This document shows positions 9,688 to 20,922 of a stretch of DNA of 64,000 bases, one piece after another. Both the position numbers and the translations under genes were made by a program. The notes under the pieces are model-generated. The model saw only the letters and a list, made by a program, of their open reading frames with translations. It did no database searches and was not told the DNA's origin. Origin of the DNA: Candidatus Bathyarchaeota archaeon. Lineage in GTDB: Archaea; Thermoproteota; Bathyarchaeia; Bathyarchaeales; Bathycorpusculaceae. The DNA is taken from contig CAVYHV010000017.1 in the NCBI GenBank assembly GCA_963768425.1, positions 128,001 to 192,000 of the forward strand. The letters are read 5' to 3'. The first letter of the stretch is position 1. Each line of letters begins with the position of its first letter.

Positions 9688-10503
9688 GTTTGCTTTGGCC
9701 CAACCCTGCTGCAATGGTAAAGACGGGAAACGTCAAGACTCTTCTCATCGCCGACCCACACATAGGATGGGAAATGGAGCTCCAGGAAAAAGGCATCCAT
9801 GTGCCCAGCCAGACACCCAAAATCCTCAACAAACTAACCACAATTCTGTGCAGGTACAAGCCTCAGCAACTAGTTATCGTCGGCGACGTGAAGTACACGA
9901 TTGTTTCAAGCGAACTCGGCGAGTGGCATGACGTACCCGACTTCTTCACCAAATTGCAAAGCATTCATTGGAAACATAGCAGTTGTCCGGGGAAACCACG
10001 ACGCGAACATAGAGCCTCTTCTGCCAGAAAACATCAAGCTTCTACCCGCAACTGGCATAACAATCGGCGATGTAGGCGTTTTTCACGGACACAAGTGGCC
10101 GTCGCCTGCGCTGCTCGGCTGCAAAACGCTTGTGATGGGGCACCTGCATCCCGTTGTTGTATTCCGTGACCCGGCAGGCTTTAAAATTACAAGGCAAGTC
10201 TGGATTAGGGCAACCTGCGACACCGAAACGCTTGGAAAGATTCTTCTGCAAAAACACCATGTAAGAATCGAGGGTTCAGTCGCCAAAACTTTGCAAAAGC
10301 ACTATGGAGTCAAGCTTAAAGTGAAGGAGATTTTCATAATGCCCAGCTTCAACGATTTCTTAGGCGGCAGACCTGTAAACGAGACTAGACCAAGAAAAGA
10401 AATCGGCGGAGAAGCATTGATTGGACCCGTGTTGCGTTCGGAGGCTGTGGATGTGGATAACTCTGAGCTTTACTTGTTGGACGGGACCTATCTTGGGACC
10501 TGA
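9681..10503 (+). CDS. Calcineurin-like metallophosphoesterase (frameshift ~9960, possibly another at the 3' end)
   Basis: ADPHIG, GD, GNHD, HGH, GHLHP, MPSFN. Confidence 0.85.
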
Positions 10504-10712
10504 ACCAGCTAAGAAAGCTTTAAGACAAAACGTGGGTCCCACCGTTTTTGTTGGAATCAAATCATAACGAAACAGGTGACTACGAGTTCGAAAAGCAAAG
10601 AAGGGGAACCTAATCTGCATCAAAGGTCTGCTGTTCGGTTAGAGTTTGCTGGTTAATTCTTATATTTGCCGCATGTTATAAGCATATTATAGTTTGAGTG
10701 GAGGAAAATGAA

Positions 10713-10868
10713 ATGAAACTTGTAACAGTCTTGTTGCCAGAAGCATATCTGGAAGGTTTAGATGAACTTGTACGAGCGAACATGTACCCGAGCAGAAGCA
10801 GCGTCATAAGGTCAGCAGTTCGAGACCTTCTTAAGAAAGAGCTTTGGGAAAACAAACGCGGAAGATAA
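10713..10868 (+). CDS. Ribbon-helix-helix (CopG/CdrS-like) regulator, 51 aa; not in the ORF track
   Basis: MKLVTVLLPEAYLEGLDELVRANMYPSRSSVIRSAVRDLLKKELWENKRGR; GGAGG SD upstream. Confidence 0.88.
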   Translation: MKLVTVLLPEAYLEGLDELVRANMYPSRSSVIRSAVRDLLKKELWENKRGR

Positions 10869-10873
10869 GCCGC

Positions 10874-11643
10874 TTAAACCCCTTTTATTGAATCTAAAAT
10901 TTCGCCTGCCGCCTTGGCGGGGTCAACTGCAAGAGTAATTTCTCTTCCGATGATAAGATAGTTGGCGCCTGCTTTAAGTGCGGTTTCCGCAGAGCCGCCC
11001 TGCGCACCTACGCCTGGGGAATAAATCGCTACTTTTTCGCCAACAATCTGTTTCACTTCAGTTATTTTTTGTGGGAAAGTTGCGCCGACCACTATTCCGT
11101 CTGCACGATACTTTACAGCTTTTTCAGCAAAAGAAAGGTACTGCAGCTTTTGCTTGCCCGTTTCCGTGTCAATTATGGTTTGTCCGTAGCCTTCTTGTGC
11201 CCCTCTGTGGCTCATGTAGCAAAGAAGTATAATGCCTCGGTTAAGTCGCTGGGAAACTTCAAAGAGCGGTTTTAAGCCTTCTTCCCAACCGATGAATGGG
11301 TTCGCAATCAACGCGTCAAAGCCAGCTGCAAAGTAATATTGCGCTATGACTTGGTTGGTGGAGCCTATATCGTTGACTTTAGCATCCATAATCGCTATCA
11401 GTCCTTGCCCTCGAATTTTCTCCACGAGCTGCTGAACGCCGTCGAACGTACCTAAGCGGAAGAACAAGATGATGATTTATCTTGACTGCACAAATGTAGG
11501 GATGAACCGCTTTGAGGATACTTTGAGCTTTAGCCAAGATTTTGCTTCGGTCTTCTGGAGCTTCAAACGGTAAATCTAAGGCTAAAACTATTCGAGAACC
11601 CTTACTCTTAGCTGCTTCCTGAATTTTCGCGCTAATAAGACAA
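10874..11643 (-). CDS. pyrF: Orotidine 5'-phosphate decarboxylase (frameshifts ~11455 and near the start)
   Basis: IVLALD and VKIN read manually upstream; DAKVNDIGST, VVGAT, PGVGAQGG, IIGR. Confidence 0.92.
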
Positions 11644-11793
11644 TAAAGTCGCCTCTTGCTGTATCAATTTAATCGCTTGACTATTTCATTTTTTCGCCTG
11701 CTTCAAAAATCTTTGGATCATTTGGCCACGAGAAAAAATTCAACCTAAAGAAAATGGAGAAAAACAGAAAATCAATAGTTAAAAAATGTCGGC

Positions 11794-12490
11794 TTACATT
11801 GGCCAAGCATTTGTGCTGTAAGCGTCCAAATGATCTCGGTGGATATTACCGGGTTATTGTAGTCGGTTATGGCTACTATGCTGGTCGCCATTCCTGTTTG
11901 TTTGTCAAAGTATACTTGGTCGTATGTCGAGCCTTGTGTGCTGCCCGTCGGATCTTGAGTGTAGTAAATCAGACTTGTAGCCGTATAATAGTTTGTTTCT
12001 CTTGACCCCTGGATAAGTTGTTGTAATCGGTGCCGTTAATGTGGACACCTTGATAGAGATGAGGGTAAATCGTCTGGTTTGCATTCATGTCAGCAGGGTA
12101 AAGCGGATAAAACCCGCTTTGATCACTCAAAATTCCAGAAGCCAAATCAATCGTCTGAGGACTATCAAATTTTGTTCCATTTCGCAACACCCAATCCGTG
12201 TCAAGCGTCACTCTTGTTCCGTTAATGGCTGTCACAGTGACTTTGTAGTACTGGGTGGCGTTATAAATTCCAAAATCTGAACTTATCGTATCGGGAACTG
12301 GACCTGAACTGGAGCCTGATAGAGCGTACGTAAAGGTGTCACCGACCTGAACGCCGACTTTTGTAGTGGTGTTGGTAGATTGCTTCGGATTTGACAAGAC
12401 AACAGCCGCAACAACTCCCACTACAATTACAGCTAATAGAACGACGGCGAGAATTATCTTCTTGTTTACACCCTTCTTTTTGAAAGCCAT
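11794..12490 (-). CDS. N-terminally anchored extracellular hypothetical protein (frameshifts ~12000 and ~11820)
   Basis: Basic N-terminus plus TM helix, GVQVGDTFTY; continuation YFDKQTGM...TNAW in other frames. Confidence 0.65.
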
Positions 12491-12655
12491 GGAGACATGA
12501 GTATATAGTCAGGTATTTAGTTTTTTCCCAAAAAGACATTGAACCTACGAAACCGGTTTTCCCGCAGAAAACATTAGAGTAAACAGTTGCTGAAGGAAGA
12601 TATTTGAGGTAAATTTAAGAGAAAGAAGATTTATTTAGAGAGTCGGTGGAATAGA

Positions 12656-13721
12656 TTGTATTGCCATAATTGTGGTGCTCAGCTTCCAGACGACGCTGCG
12701 TTCTGCACTAAATGCGGAACGAGCACAGGAATAAATACGTTAAAGCCAACTTCGGCAGCTGGACCTGTTCTTGCACCTTCGGGAGTAACATCCTTGAAAT
12801 GTCCGAGTTGCGGAGCACCGATTGCGCCTAAGTTCGGAGAAATGGTTATCACTTGCGAGTACTGTGGCACTGGAGTGACCTTGGGAAGCCAAGGGTGGAC
12901 TAACATTCAGAAGCAGACAATGCTGGTTTTGAAGGTTGCCACCGTTGACCAAGTGAATTCGATAATCACGCCCATGATGGATAAAGGTCTTCTCCACAGG
13001 CACCTTCACGAAGACTCTAAACAAGAAGAAATGAGCCTCACCTACGTGCCTTACTGGATTGTAAGCGTCTCAGCTAGAACAAGCATCGTCGCCACAGACG
13101 AAACAGCCCAAATTGCACAGACAGCTACAACGGCCGCTTTGATGGGTGTAATATTCGGCGGCATGGGAGGGGGCTTCGGAGGAGGCGGCGGTCGACGAGG
13201 CGGTGGATTCGGAGGAAGACGCGCTTATCAAGGCCAATCAGTGGACAACCCGTTTGCAGGCATTTTCGGGCTTAAACGAATAAGAATCATGGCTTGGGGG
13301 ATGGGGATGGGTTACGGCGGCGGAGCTAAGAAAATCCGAGCAGATGGACATGAACTACAATTTCCCAGTTATCGCATTAAAAGCCCTCACTGATTATCAG
13401 CCCCGCGACTACCAATTCAACCTGGAGGGCAGAGAACTGTTTGATATTTCTAAGCTGCCCAAAGACGTCAAAATCTTAAATGGCGATATCAGTGAAGACG
13501 TAGCCAAATCCCAGGCGAAAACCCTTGTCGATCAGCTTCAATCACAAAAGGCACATGAAAAATACCACATGATACAGTCCATACATACTGATTCGGACAT
13601 TGGCGACGTAGAATTGCTTCATGCACCCGTATGGTTCTCAAAGTTCGACCACAAAGGGAACAAAATCGTTCTAGTTGTCGACGCCAACTCAGGCAGAGTA
13701 ATCAACAGTCTCGGCATCTAA
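12656..13721 (+). CDS. Double zinc-ribbon, Gly/RGG-rich protein (frameshift ~13335)
   Basis: CHNC..CTKC, CPSC..CEYC, YVPYW, Gly-rich insert; C-terminal HAPVW..VVDANSGRV in 13344..13721. Confidence 0.7.
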
Positions 13722-13872
13722 GATCACTCTACCCAAACTTTATTTCTATAATTTGCCAGTAACCAAGAATTTGCCGAATCCATTTTGCCTTTTTCATACA
13801 ACCAAGATTTTTAGCGAGAAAACAATAGCGAAAAAAGATTAGTTTTAAAAAAAAAACTAAAATGAGAAAAGT

Positions 13873-14211
13873 TTAGTCGGTTTTTTCTTCAGTTACTGGC
13901 TCGGCAGCGGCTTTCTCTGCTTCTTTTGTTACTTGCTCAACTGGCAAACCTTTAGCTGCCCGTCTCGCTACTACGCCGAGCTTTGTCAGTGGTGTGTAAG
14001 CTCCACCCGAGTAGGTGTAACTGCATTTGCCGCATTTCCAGATGCCGACGCTTTCACGGTGTACCCGCACGAATCCGCAATTTGGGCATTTGTGGGGTTT
14101 TTTGAGTTCAGTGACGACTTTGATATAGCGTTTCCTAACTGTGGCACCGTAACGTGGCCCTAAACCTCTTGTTGGACCGACTTTCTTTGTTTTAGGCACT
14201 TCTTTCACCAA
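13873..14211 (-). CDS. rpl37ae: 50S ribosomal protein L37Ae
   Basis: GPRYGATVRKR, CPNC..GIWKCGKC, GGAYTP. Confidence 0.95.
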   Translation of the reverse strand: MVKEVPKTKKVGPTRGLGPRYGATVRKRYIKVVTELKKPHKCPNCGFVRVHRESVGIWKCGKCSYTYSGGAYTPLTKLGVVARRAAKGLPVEQVTKEAEKAAAEPVTEEKTD

Positions 14212-14996
14212 TCAAACTTCTTGCGTATTTCGACTGCTTTCTCCTGAGCAATCTTTGATGCCTCTAAAATCTGTTGCGGTGTAAAGTAGCCTGAGCCGCC
14301 TTTCTGAGTAGCGCAAATCTTGCCTTCGCTGTTGGTTGCAATTGTTATTCGGGAATCCATAACCTTTTCTTCTTCAAGCCATGGATCTACAATCAAAACA
14401 TTGTTTATTTTGCCCATGGTTACGGTTACTGGATGGCTTTTCATAGGTAATGAAGTGTATCCCTGTTTCATCTTCAATTCGCCATCTTTGATCTCATAGT
14501 TTGGCATCTTCGTGTTCATTAATGCAGCTACAGCAGCTAATGCGGCGCAGTCAATCAGGTTCCCATCATGGTTCAGCACGTAAACGTCAACGAAAACAAC
14601 AAATACTTTCTTGCCTGGCTCAATACAAAGTTTTTCAGTGTCAATTGCGTGAGATTCGCGGATACCTCGGTCAACAACTCTTGCAAGCTCAATTGAGTTT
14701 TCGTCTGGTGGTCCTGGCTCAAAATTCGGTGAAGCCAACGGCACAAGTTCAGCGTTAACTGTCATTACACCTTCATTTGGTGTGTCTGGGAACGGCTCGC
14801 CTGTTTCAACTTTTACGCCTGCAAGAACCTCAGATTTGCCAAGATAACATCGTGCTGACCCTTCAGCTCGTTCGATTAAGCCTTGCTCGATTTTGATTTC
14901 TCTGTAGTCATGTAAGCCTCGTTCGTCTAGGCGTTTTCCTTTTTCGAGAAGCCCTTCTATTTGCTTCAGTCTAACTTTAGTTATAAGTGATGACAT
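14205..14996 (-). CDS. rrp42: Exosome subunit Rrp42
   Basis: RNase PH fold; PFPDTPNEG, FEPGPP, ELARVVDRGIRES, DGNLID. Confidence 0.95.
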   Translation of the reverse strand: MSSLITKVRLKQIEGLLEKGKRLDERGLHDYREIKIEQGLIERAEGSARCYLGKSEVLAGVKVETGEPFPDTPNEGVMTVNAELVPLASPNFEPGPPDENSIELARVVDRGIRESHAIDTEKLCIEPGKKVFVVFVDVYVLNHDGNLIDCAALAAVAALMNTKMPNYEIKDGELKMKQGYTSLPMKSHPVTVTMGKINNVLIVDPWLEEEKVMDSRITIATNSEGKICATQKGGSGYFTPQQILEASKIAQEKAVEIRKKFDW

Positions 14997-15733
14997 TACT
15001 CTTCACCAGTCTCCTTAACAACCATATACTTGGTTTTTAACGCTTCCTTCTGCATTTCATAGATTTTCTTGCATCCTTCCATAGCCATTCCGATGGCTTT
15101 TTCAAATTCTTCTGGCGCAAGGATGCCGTCCATTTGAAGCAGCGTAATCGCGTTTAGTGCGGGCATGTAAGCTACTGGCACATCGGCGGCGCCAAGCTTG
15201 TCTTCGGCGTCATAAAGATCCAAGACTACTGTGTCGTCCACCTTTCCAGCTGCACAACCTACTACTAAGTCGCGCATTGGAACGCCTGCGTCAGCGATGG
15301 CCAAGGCAGCCGCTGTGATTGCAGCACAACGTGTTCCACCGTCAGCTTGCAAGACTTCAACGAAAACGTCTACGCCTGTCCGCGGATAAAGCTCCAAGAA
15401 CAAAGCTGGCTCTAAAGCTTCTCTTATGACTTTTGAGAGTTCAACTTCCCTTCTAGAAGGTGCGGGTGATTTACGTTCCTGTACTGAGAAAGGAGCCATG
15501 TGATAGCGGCACCGCAAAACCATGCGGTCTGGCTGAGCCAAATGTTTAGGATGCATCTCTCTTGGGCCAAATGCAGCGGCTAAGATCTTGTTTTTGCCAT
15601 GTTCAATATAGGCTGATCCGTCAGCGTTTGATAATACTCCGACTTGAAGCTTCAAAGGTCGAAGCTCGTCTGCTTTTCTACCATCCGATCTGATGCCTTT
15701 TTTATCAATCAGTTTTTCGGGTTTTTCATTCAT
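14996..15733 (-). CDS. rrp41: Exosome subunit Rrp41
   Basis: [39 protein letters not shown]. Confidence 0.96.
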   Translation of the reverse strand: MNEKPEKLIDKKGIRSDGRKADELRPLKLQVGVLSNADGSAYIEHGKNKILAAAFGPREMHPKHLAQPDRMVLRCRYHMAPFSVQERKSPAPSRREVELSKVIREALEPALFLELYPRTGVDVFVEVLQADGGTRCAAITAAALAIADAGVPMRDLVVGCAAGKVDDTVVLDLYDAEDKLGAADVPVAYMPALNAITLLQMDGILAPEEFEKAIGMAMEGCKKIYEMQKEALKTKYMVVKETGEE

Positions 15734-16448
15734 TCTTGTTTTCCTCCACTTTTTCTTCAACTTTACCTTTACGTTCTTTAAGCAACTGTGTTATGCGATC
15801 TGTGAGGCCACTTGTATGAGACTCTTGCTCAATTTTTTTGATTACCTCTATCGCGAGATCTTCATCCTCAAGGGCCTTGCCGGTGACCAAAATAACTCCG
15901 TTCAATCCAAGAATAATTTGGCAACCTGTTTCCTGTTTTATCATTGAAATCATTGATCCTTTTCTTCCGATTACCCTTGGAATCTTTGTCGGTGTCACAT
16001 GAAGGATTTGCCCTCGCGTGATCTTTCCCAGTCCTGGCTCTCCAACGGTGAGCTGTGGGTCATGGGCTCGGTCGTATGAAGCGATTTTTGCAACTATCAA
16101 GTCGCCTGCGTTCAGAACTGCAGATAGCTCGTCGTTTTGAGGCTTAAAAGGCCTAGCTAAAACGTCTGAGGCACGTAGGAGCGCTGTGTAGGGTGCTTTA
16201 ATGTCGATTGTCCATCCGTTAAACCCAACTTCGAGGACTGTCCCTATCACAATGTCTCCCATTTTGGGCACATAAAACGCCCTTAATGCGACCACGTTTA
16301 CTTTTTTGTTATCGGTATCTACAAGTCCGATTCTTGAGGCGTAAATCTTGTTTTGCTCCATGTATGTGTTTTCGCCAGGCAAGTATTCGCCTTCAGCGAC
16401 AAGTTCTCCCGGCGTCACAAGCTGTTTTTTTTCAAAGAATATTGGCAT
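15726..16448 (-). CDS. rrp4: Exosome RNA-binding subunit Rrp4
   Basis: [16 protein letters not shown] (S1), [13 protein letters not shown] (KH). Confidence 0.95.
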   Translation of the reverse strand: MPIFFEKKQLVTPGELVAEGEYLPGENTYMEQNKIYASRIGLVDTDNKKVNVVALRAFYVPKMGDIVIGTVLEVGFNGWTIDIKAPYTALLRASDVLARPFKPQNDELSAVLNAGDLIVAKIASYDRAHDPQLTVGEPGLGKITRGQILHVTPTKIPRVIGRKGSMISMIKQETGCQIILGLNGVILVTGKALEDEDLAIEVIKKIEQESHTSGLTDRITQLLKERKGKVEEKVEENKNE

Positions 16449-16477
16449 TAAATCTTCACCATCCATTTATCTTTCTT

Positions 16478-17167
16478 TTACGAGATTATTTTTGCTTCTC
16501 CACTTCCTTTGGTTACGTCGCCAAGTTTAGTCAGCAACGAGGCGTAGGATCCAGCGGGCAACTCTAATTCGCCATACCACGAGCCGTCTCCACGCCATTC
16601 CTCCCGTTTTATAGTTCCTAAGGTTTTTACTGACCCATAAGCCCGTGCAGAGTATTGTGCGGGAACCTTCACTGCTACTATAACTTGCTCGATTTTCAGG
16701 GGCAAAATCGGACGTAGCAGCTTAACGATGTCTCTTGCTTGTTCCTCAACTGGTTTGTACGGGTCAATCGGGTAACGTATCTGATCCATCGCGTTCTCGA
16801 TGCGCATTGGAGGATGCGGCAGGTTTGTCTTTGGGTCTACTGCTTGTCGGGAGATGAAATCTATTATTTGTCTTCTTTTGTCTTCCACCATTTTTCGTCT
16901 TTGTTCAGTTGTAAGCTGAAGCGTTCCCTTCTTCAGTATGATATCGGCGATTTGCAGTGCATTCACTGTTCCAAAGGCTTTGTGCATAGATTCCTCTGAA
17001 ACTTTGGTTCCTTTGTTTGCGTCAGAAAAAATCAGTTCAGCAGCTAAAACTTCGGTTATTCCTGAGATTTTTCCGTTGCGGTAGTCAAGTGCTTTTTGAG
17101 GTTTGACTAGGATTTCAAAATGCTCGTTTTCTTTTGTTAGGCGTGCAACGGTGAACTTTTCACTCAT
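16478..17167 (-). CDS. Ribosome maturation factor SBDS/Sdo1
   Basis: HFEILV, LQLTTEQRR, PHPPMRIENAM. Confidence 0.95.
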   Translation of the reverse strand: MSEKFTVARLTKENEHFEILVKPQKALDYRNGKISGITEVLAAELIFSDANKGTKVSEESMHKAFGTVNALQIADIILKKGTLQLTTEQRRKMVEDKRRQIIDFISRQAVDPKTNLPHPPMRIENAMDQIRYPIDPYKPVEEQARDIVKLLRPILPLKIEQVIVAVKVPAQYSARAYGSVKTLGTIKREEWRGDGSWYGELELPAGSYASLLTKLGDVTKGSGEAKIIS

Positions 17168-17174
17168 CAGGTTT

Positions 17175-17903
17175 TCACTTGCTTGAACCCAGCTCTTTGA
17201 TGTAGCCTTCCACTTTGTCGTCTGCCAGCATTTCCATTTTCTTTGTCTCTAAGGGTATGATCGCGATCTTTATTCTTGGAGGCAGCTGTCGTGCTTCTAA
17301 GGCTTTGACTAAGCATTTTACTGCTAGTTTGATGCCTGCTTCGAGCGATAAGTCGTCTTTGTAGTCTTCTTTGAGGATTGACAGGACGGTTTCTCTTCCT
17401 GCGCCAAGTGCTGTGGCTTTGTATCCTCGGTAGGTTCCGCTTGGATGTGTGCCGAAGACACGTGTACCTGTTTTGTCGACGCCGCCGAAGATTATTGAGA
17501 CTCCGAAGGGTCGAACACCGGCGTGCTGCGTGTACATCTGCTGGATGTCGCATATTCTTTTGGTGACGACTTCAACATCTATGGGTTCATCGTAGGTTAA
17601 TTTGTTACTTTGAGCGTAAATCCGCGCTTGATCGATAAGTATTCGGGCGTCTGAACTTAAACCGACTATCGCCGCGCCGATATGATCATCTACCCTGAAG
17701 ATTTTCCATGAGTACCCTGCTTCTTCAAGGACTTCGATGTTTTCTTCTGAGCCCAAAACTAAGCCTTCTTGGCATTGGATGCCTAAGATGGTGGCTCCAC
17801 GGTTCACTAGTTCCATTGCGTATTCGACTTGGAAGAGTCGTCCGTCCGGCGAGAAAACGGTTATTGCACGGTCATATGCTCCTGGTGCTGCAAAGACTGA
17901 CAT
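17175..17903 (-). CDS. psmA: Proteasome alpha subunit
   Basis: YDRAITVFSPDGRLFQVEYA, RPFGVS. Confidence 0.97.
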   Translation of the reverse strand: MSVFAAPGAYDRAITVFSPDGRLFQVEYAMELVNRGATILGIQCQEGLVLGSEENIEVLEEAGYSWKIFRVDDHIGAAIVGLSSDARILIDQARIYAQSNKLTYDEPIDVEVVTKRICDIQQMYTQHAGVRPFGVSIIFGGVDKTGTRVFGTHPSGTYRGYKATALGAGRETVLSILKEDYKDDLSLEAGIKLAVKCLVKALEARQLPPRIKIAIIPLETKKMEMLADDKVEGYIKELGSSK

Positions 17904-18320
17904 AATGTTAACCTCACTTTACACAATACACTTTTTCAACAACTCATATAATAACCACACTAAAAACCTTTCCTAGCCGAAAAGCATTTGAGGCAAAATA
18001 GACAGTGACGGATTTTTTCAATTTAGATGTTTGCAGAAAACAGAGTGATGTTTGCTTCCTCTTATTGTGCTGGTTTTTGCAACAAACAGTAGCCTGACTT
18101 GTTGGGTCCCGCTCTATCTTTCTCACTGTCTACCTCCGCGGTTCGCTTTAGAACCTAAATAGGCTTATCATTGAGGCCCAAATAAACAAGTATATCGGTG
18201 CTGTGAACTGCACCATCGAGTTTCCATTTAAGTTCTGTCTTTTTAAGATGACATTTATAGCTCTGGCAAACCAAATAGTTCCGCAATACTTTTCACAGTA
18301 GAGAAGGCAAGATAAAGATA

Positions 18321-18989
18321 GTGGCTCAATCCCGTGCGGCAACAATCATGAAGATACTGCAAGATACTTTAGCTTTGCCGAGGCTGGTTAAGCCGAAAGC
18401 TGACCCATTTGAAACATTGATTGTAACCATTATTTCACAGAACACGGCAGACACCAACACTGAGAGAGCCTTCGAAGCCTTATCGAAGCACTTCGAAATT
18501 ACCCCCCAAACGCTGGCTGGCGCTCAATTAAGCGAAATTGAAGATTGCCTTCACATTGCGGGCTTGTACCACAGTAAAGCCAAAGCAATACAGGCAGTCT
18601 CAAAAATCATTATTGAAAAATTTCAGGGCTCTCTTGCGTCAGTCTTGTCTAAGCCGCTTGATGAAGCGAGAAAGACGCTTATGGCGTTGCCAGGAGTAGG
18701 ACCGAAAACGGCAGACGTTGTGTTGCTTTTCTCAGCCAACCAACCCACAATTCCAGTGGACACCCATGTAAATCGCGTTTCTAAACGGCTTCATTTAGCC
18801 CCGGCAGACGGCGACTACGAGGCTGTTCGGTTGAGTCTCCAGTCGATTTTTAAGCCTAAGGATTACTTGGCGGTTCATCTGTTGTTGATTGCGCACGGCA
18901 GAAAGTTCTGCAAAGCAAGCTGCCCACATTGCCATGAGTGCCCAGTTTACGATTATTGCCCGTCAAACTTTTTGGGGGATAAAGCATGA
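18321..18989 (+). CDS. nth: Endonuclease III (HhH-GPD, 4Fe-4S)
   Basis: LPGVGPKTA, VDTHV, C-x6-C-x2-C-x5-C. Confidence 0.93.
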   Translation: MAQSRAATIMKILQDTLALPRLVKPKADPFETLIVTIISQNTADTNTERAFEALSKHFEITPQTLAGAQLSEIEDCLHIAGLYHSKAKAIQAVSKIIIEKFQGSLASVLSKPLDEARKTLMALPGVGPKTADVVLLFSANQPTIPVDTHVNRVSKRLHLAPADGDYEAVRLSLQSIFKPKDYLAVHLLLIAHGRKFCKASCPHCHECPVYDYCPSNFLGDKA

Positions 18990-20922
18990 TTAAGCTGCCC
19001 AGCCAAGTTTCTGCGTTCTTCCCTTACAATAGTGTGCGACCTCACCAGGACGAGTTTGTCAGCACGGTTTACAACGCCGTGCATGAGAGGCGTTCGGTTC
19101 TCATTGAAGGCAGCAATGGGTTGGGAAAAACGATTTCGGCTCTTTCCGCTTGTGTGCCAGTCGCCATCGAAAAGAACTTAAAGATTCTGTATGTGGCGAG
19201 GACACATCGGCAGCATGATCGGGTCATAGAAGAGCTGCGAGCTATCTACAATAAGCATCATGTATCAGGAGTTTCAATCCGTGGACGCAACGAGATGTGC
19301 CTAAACGTTTTTGCTCAGAGAGGCGCGTTTGACTCGAAATCGCTTATGGAAGTCTGCGAGCTCCTTAAAGCCAAAGGCAGATGCCCTTACTATGTAAGCG
19401 TAGACGAGCGAACCTACGATTACCTTGTGCTTCAGCAGCAAGTTTCAACTAAACCGTACATGGCGTCGGAAATCATACAGGTTTGCAAGAAAAAACAAGT
19501 CTGCCCCTACGAATTGGTCAAATCAGCCCTGTCAGAAGCTAAAGTAATCGCATTAAGCTACCTCTACGTTTTCGACCCCCAAATTCGACACGGCTTTCCT
19601 AAAAAACTTGGAGACTGAACTTGGAAAAATCATCTTAATTGTTGATGAAGCCCACAACTTGCCTGAAACAGCCATTGACATTTCAAGCATCAGCCTGTCG
19701 CTTTTTGTGATGAAGCAGGCGGAGCTGGAAGCAAACAGATTTCACAACAAGGATGCTGAAGCGTTTGCCTTATTCTTCAGAGAAGAAGTGGAAAAACTGA
19801 TTGATCATGTCAGCCGAGAGGAAATCATGTCTCCCGAATCCATCCTTGAAATCATCGAAAAGCAAGGGAACATTAAAAATCCACGCGAGTTTTTTGAGCA
19901 GCTACACGATGCAGGTGGGGCAATTAGGAAGACCTTGTTGGCTGAGGGAAAGAACCCGCGTTCCTACATTCATGCGATGAGCGAGTTTTTGCTTAAATGG
20001 GTTGATACTGTGGGAGATGAGCTCCTACATCAACGTTGCAAGCAGCTACCTCAACAAGGAAAGAAACAGGACGGCGAAGCTGCAGATAGTTGCGTTGGAC
20101 CCTGCGAAAATCACCGAACCCGTTTTCTCGTCAACCTATGCCAACGTTATAATGTCAGGGACACTTCAGCCGCTGCAGGCTTTCGAAAGAATAACTAAAC
20201 TTCCACTGAACACCGTTGAATGCGTTGTGCCTTCGCCGTTTCCCAAAGAGCACGTTTTTTCAGCAGTCTGCTGCGGCGTGAGCACTTCGTTGGAGAAAAG
20301 AACCCCAGCCATGTACCAGACAATGATTGAGCGGATAGATGAGGTGGTTGAGAATACTCCGACTAACACGGGGGTTTTCACCGCTTCATTTGGAGTGCTG
20401 AATTCGCTAATTGAGGCAGGCTTAGAAAATAAGCTGCAGAAGCCGTTTTTTCATGAACGAAGAGACATGACTTCCAAAGCCAACGAGAAAATAGTTCAGG
20501 ACTTTAAGGGATTCGGGGGCAAAGGCGGCGCTGTTTTCCTCGGCGTGCAGGGCGGAAGAACATCCGAAGGCGTGGATTTTCCCGGCAACCAAATGAACTC
20601 CGTGGTGGTCGTCGGGGTCCCATACGCTGAGCCAACCCCCAGAGTAAAAGCACAGATCGAATATTATGAGAAGCGTTTTCCAGGATTCGGTCGCGAATAT
20701 GGGTACATTTTGCCAGCTATGAAAAAAGCGTCTCAAGCGGCGGGCAGACCCATAAGAACACTGGACGACATGGGAGCAATTATCTTCTTAGATTACCGCT
20801 TTTCTACAAGTTATTGCCGAAACTTTCTCCCGTCATGGATAACTGAACGCATGAAAACGCTTCCAAATGAAAACGGGGTTTTAGCGCAGGAAATAAAAAG
20901 CTTCTTCAAAGGTCAATCTTGA
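18986..20922 (+). CDS. xpd: XPD/Rad3-family Fe-S DNA helicase (frameshifts ~19590 and ~20022)
   Basis: GLGKT, Fe-S cysteines (CPYY, CPYE), DEAHN, SGTL, SEGVDF, QAAGRPIR. Confidence 0.9.
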
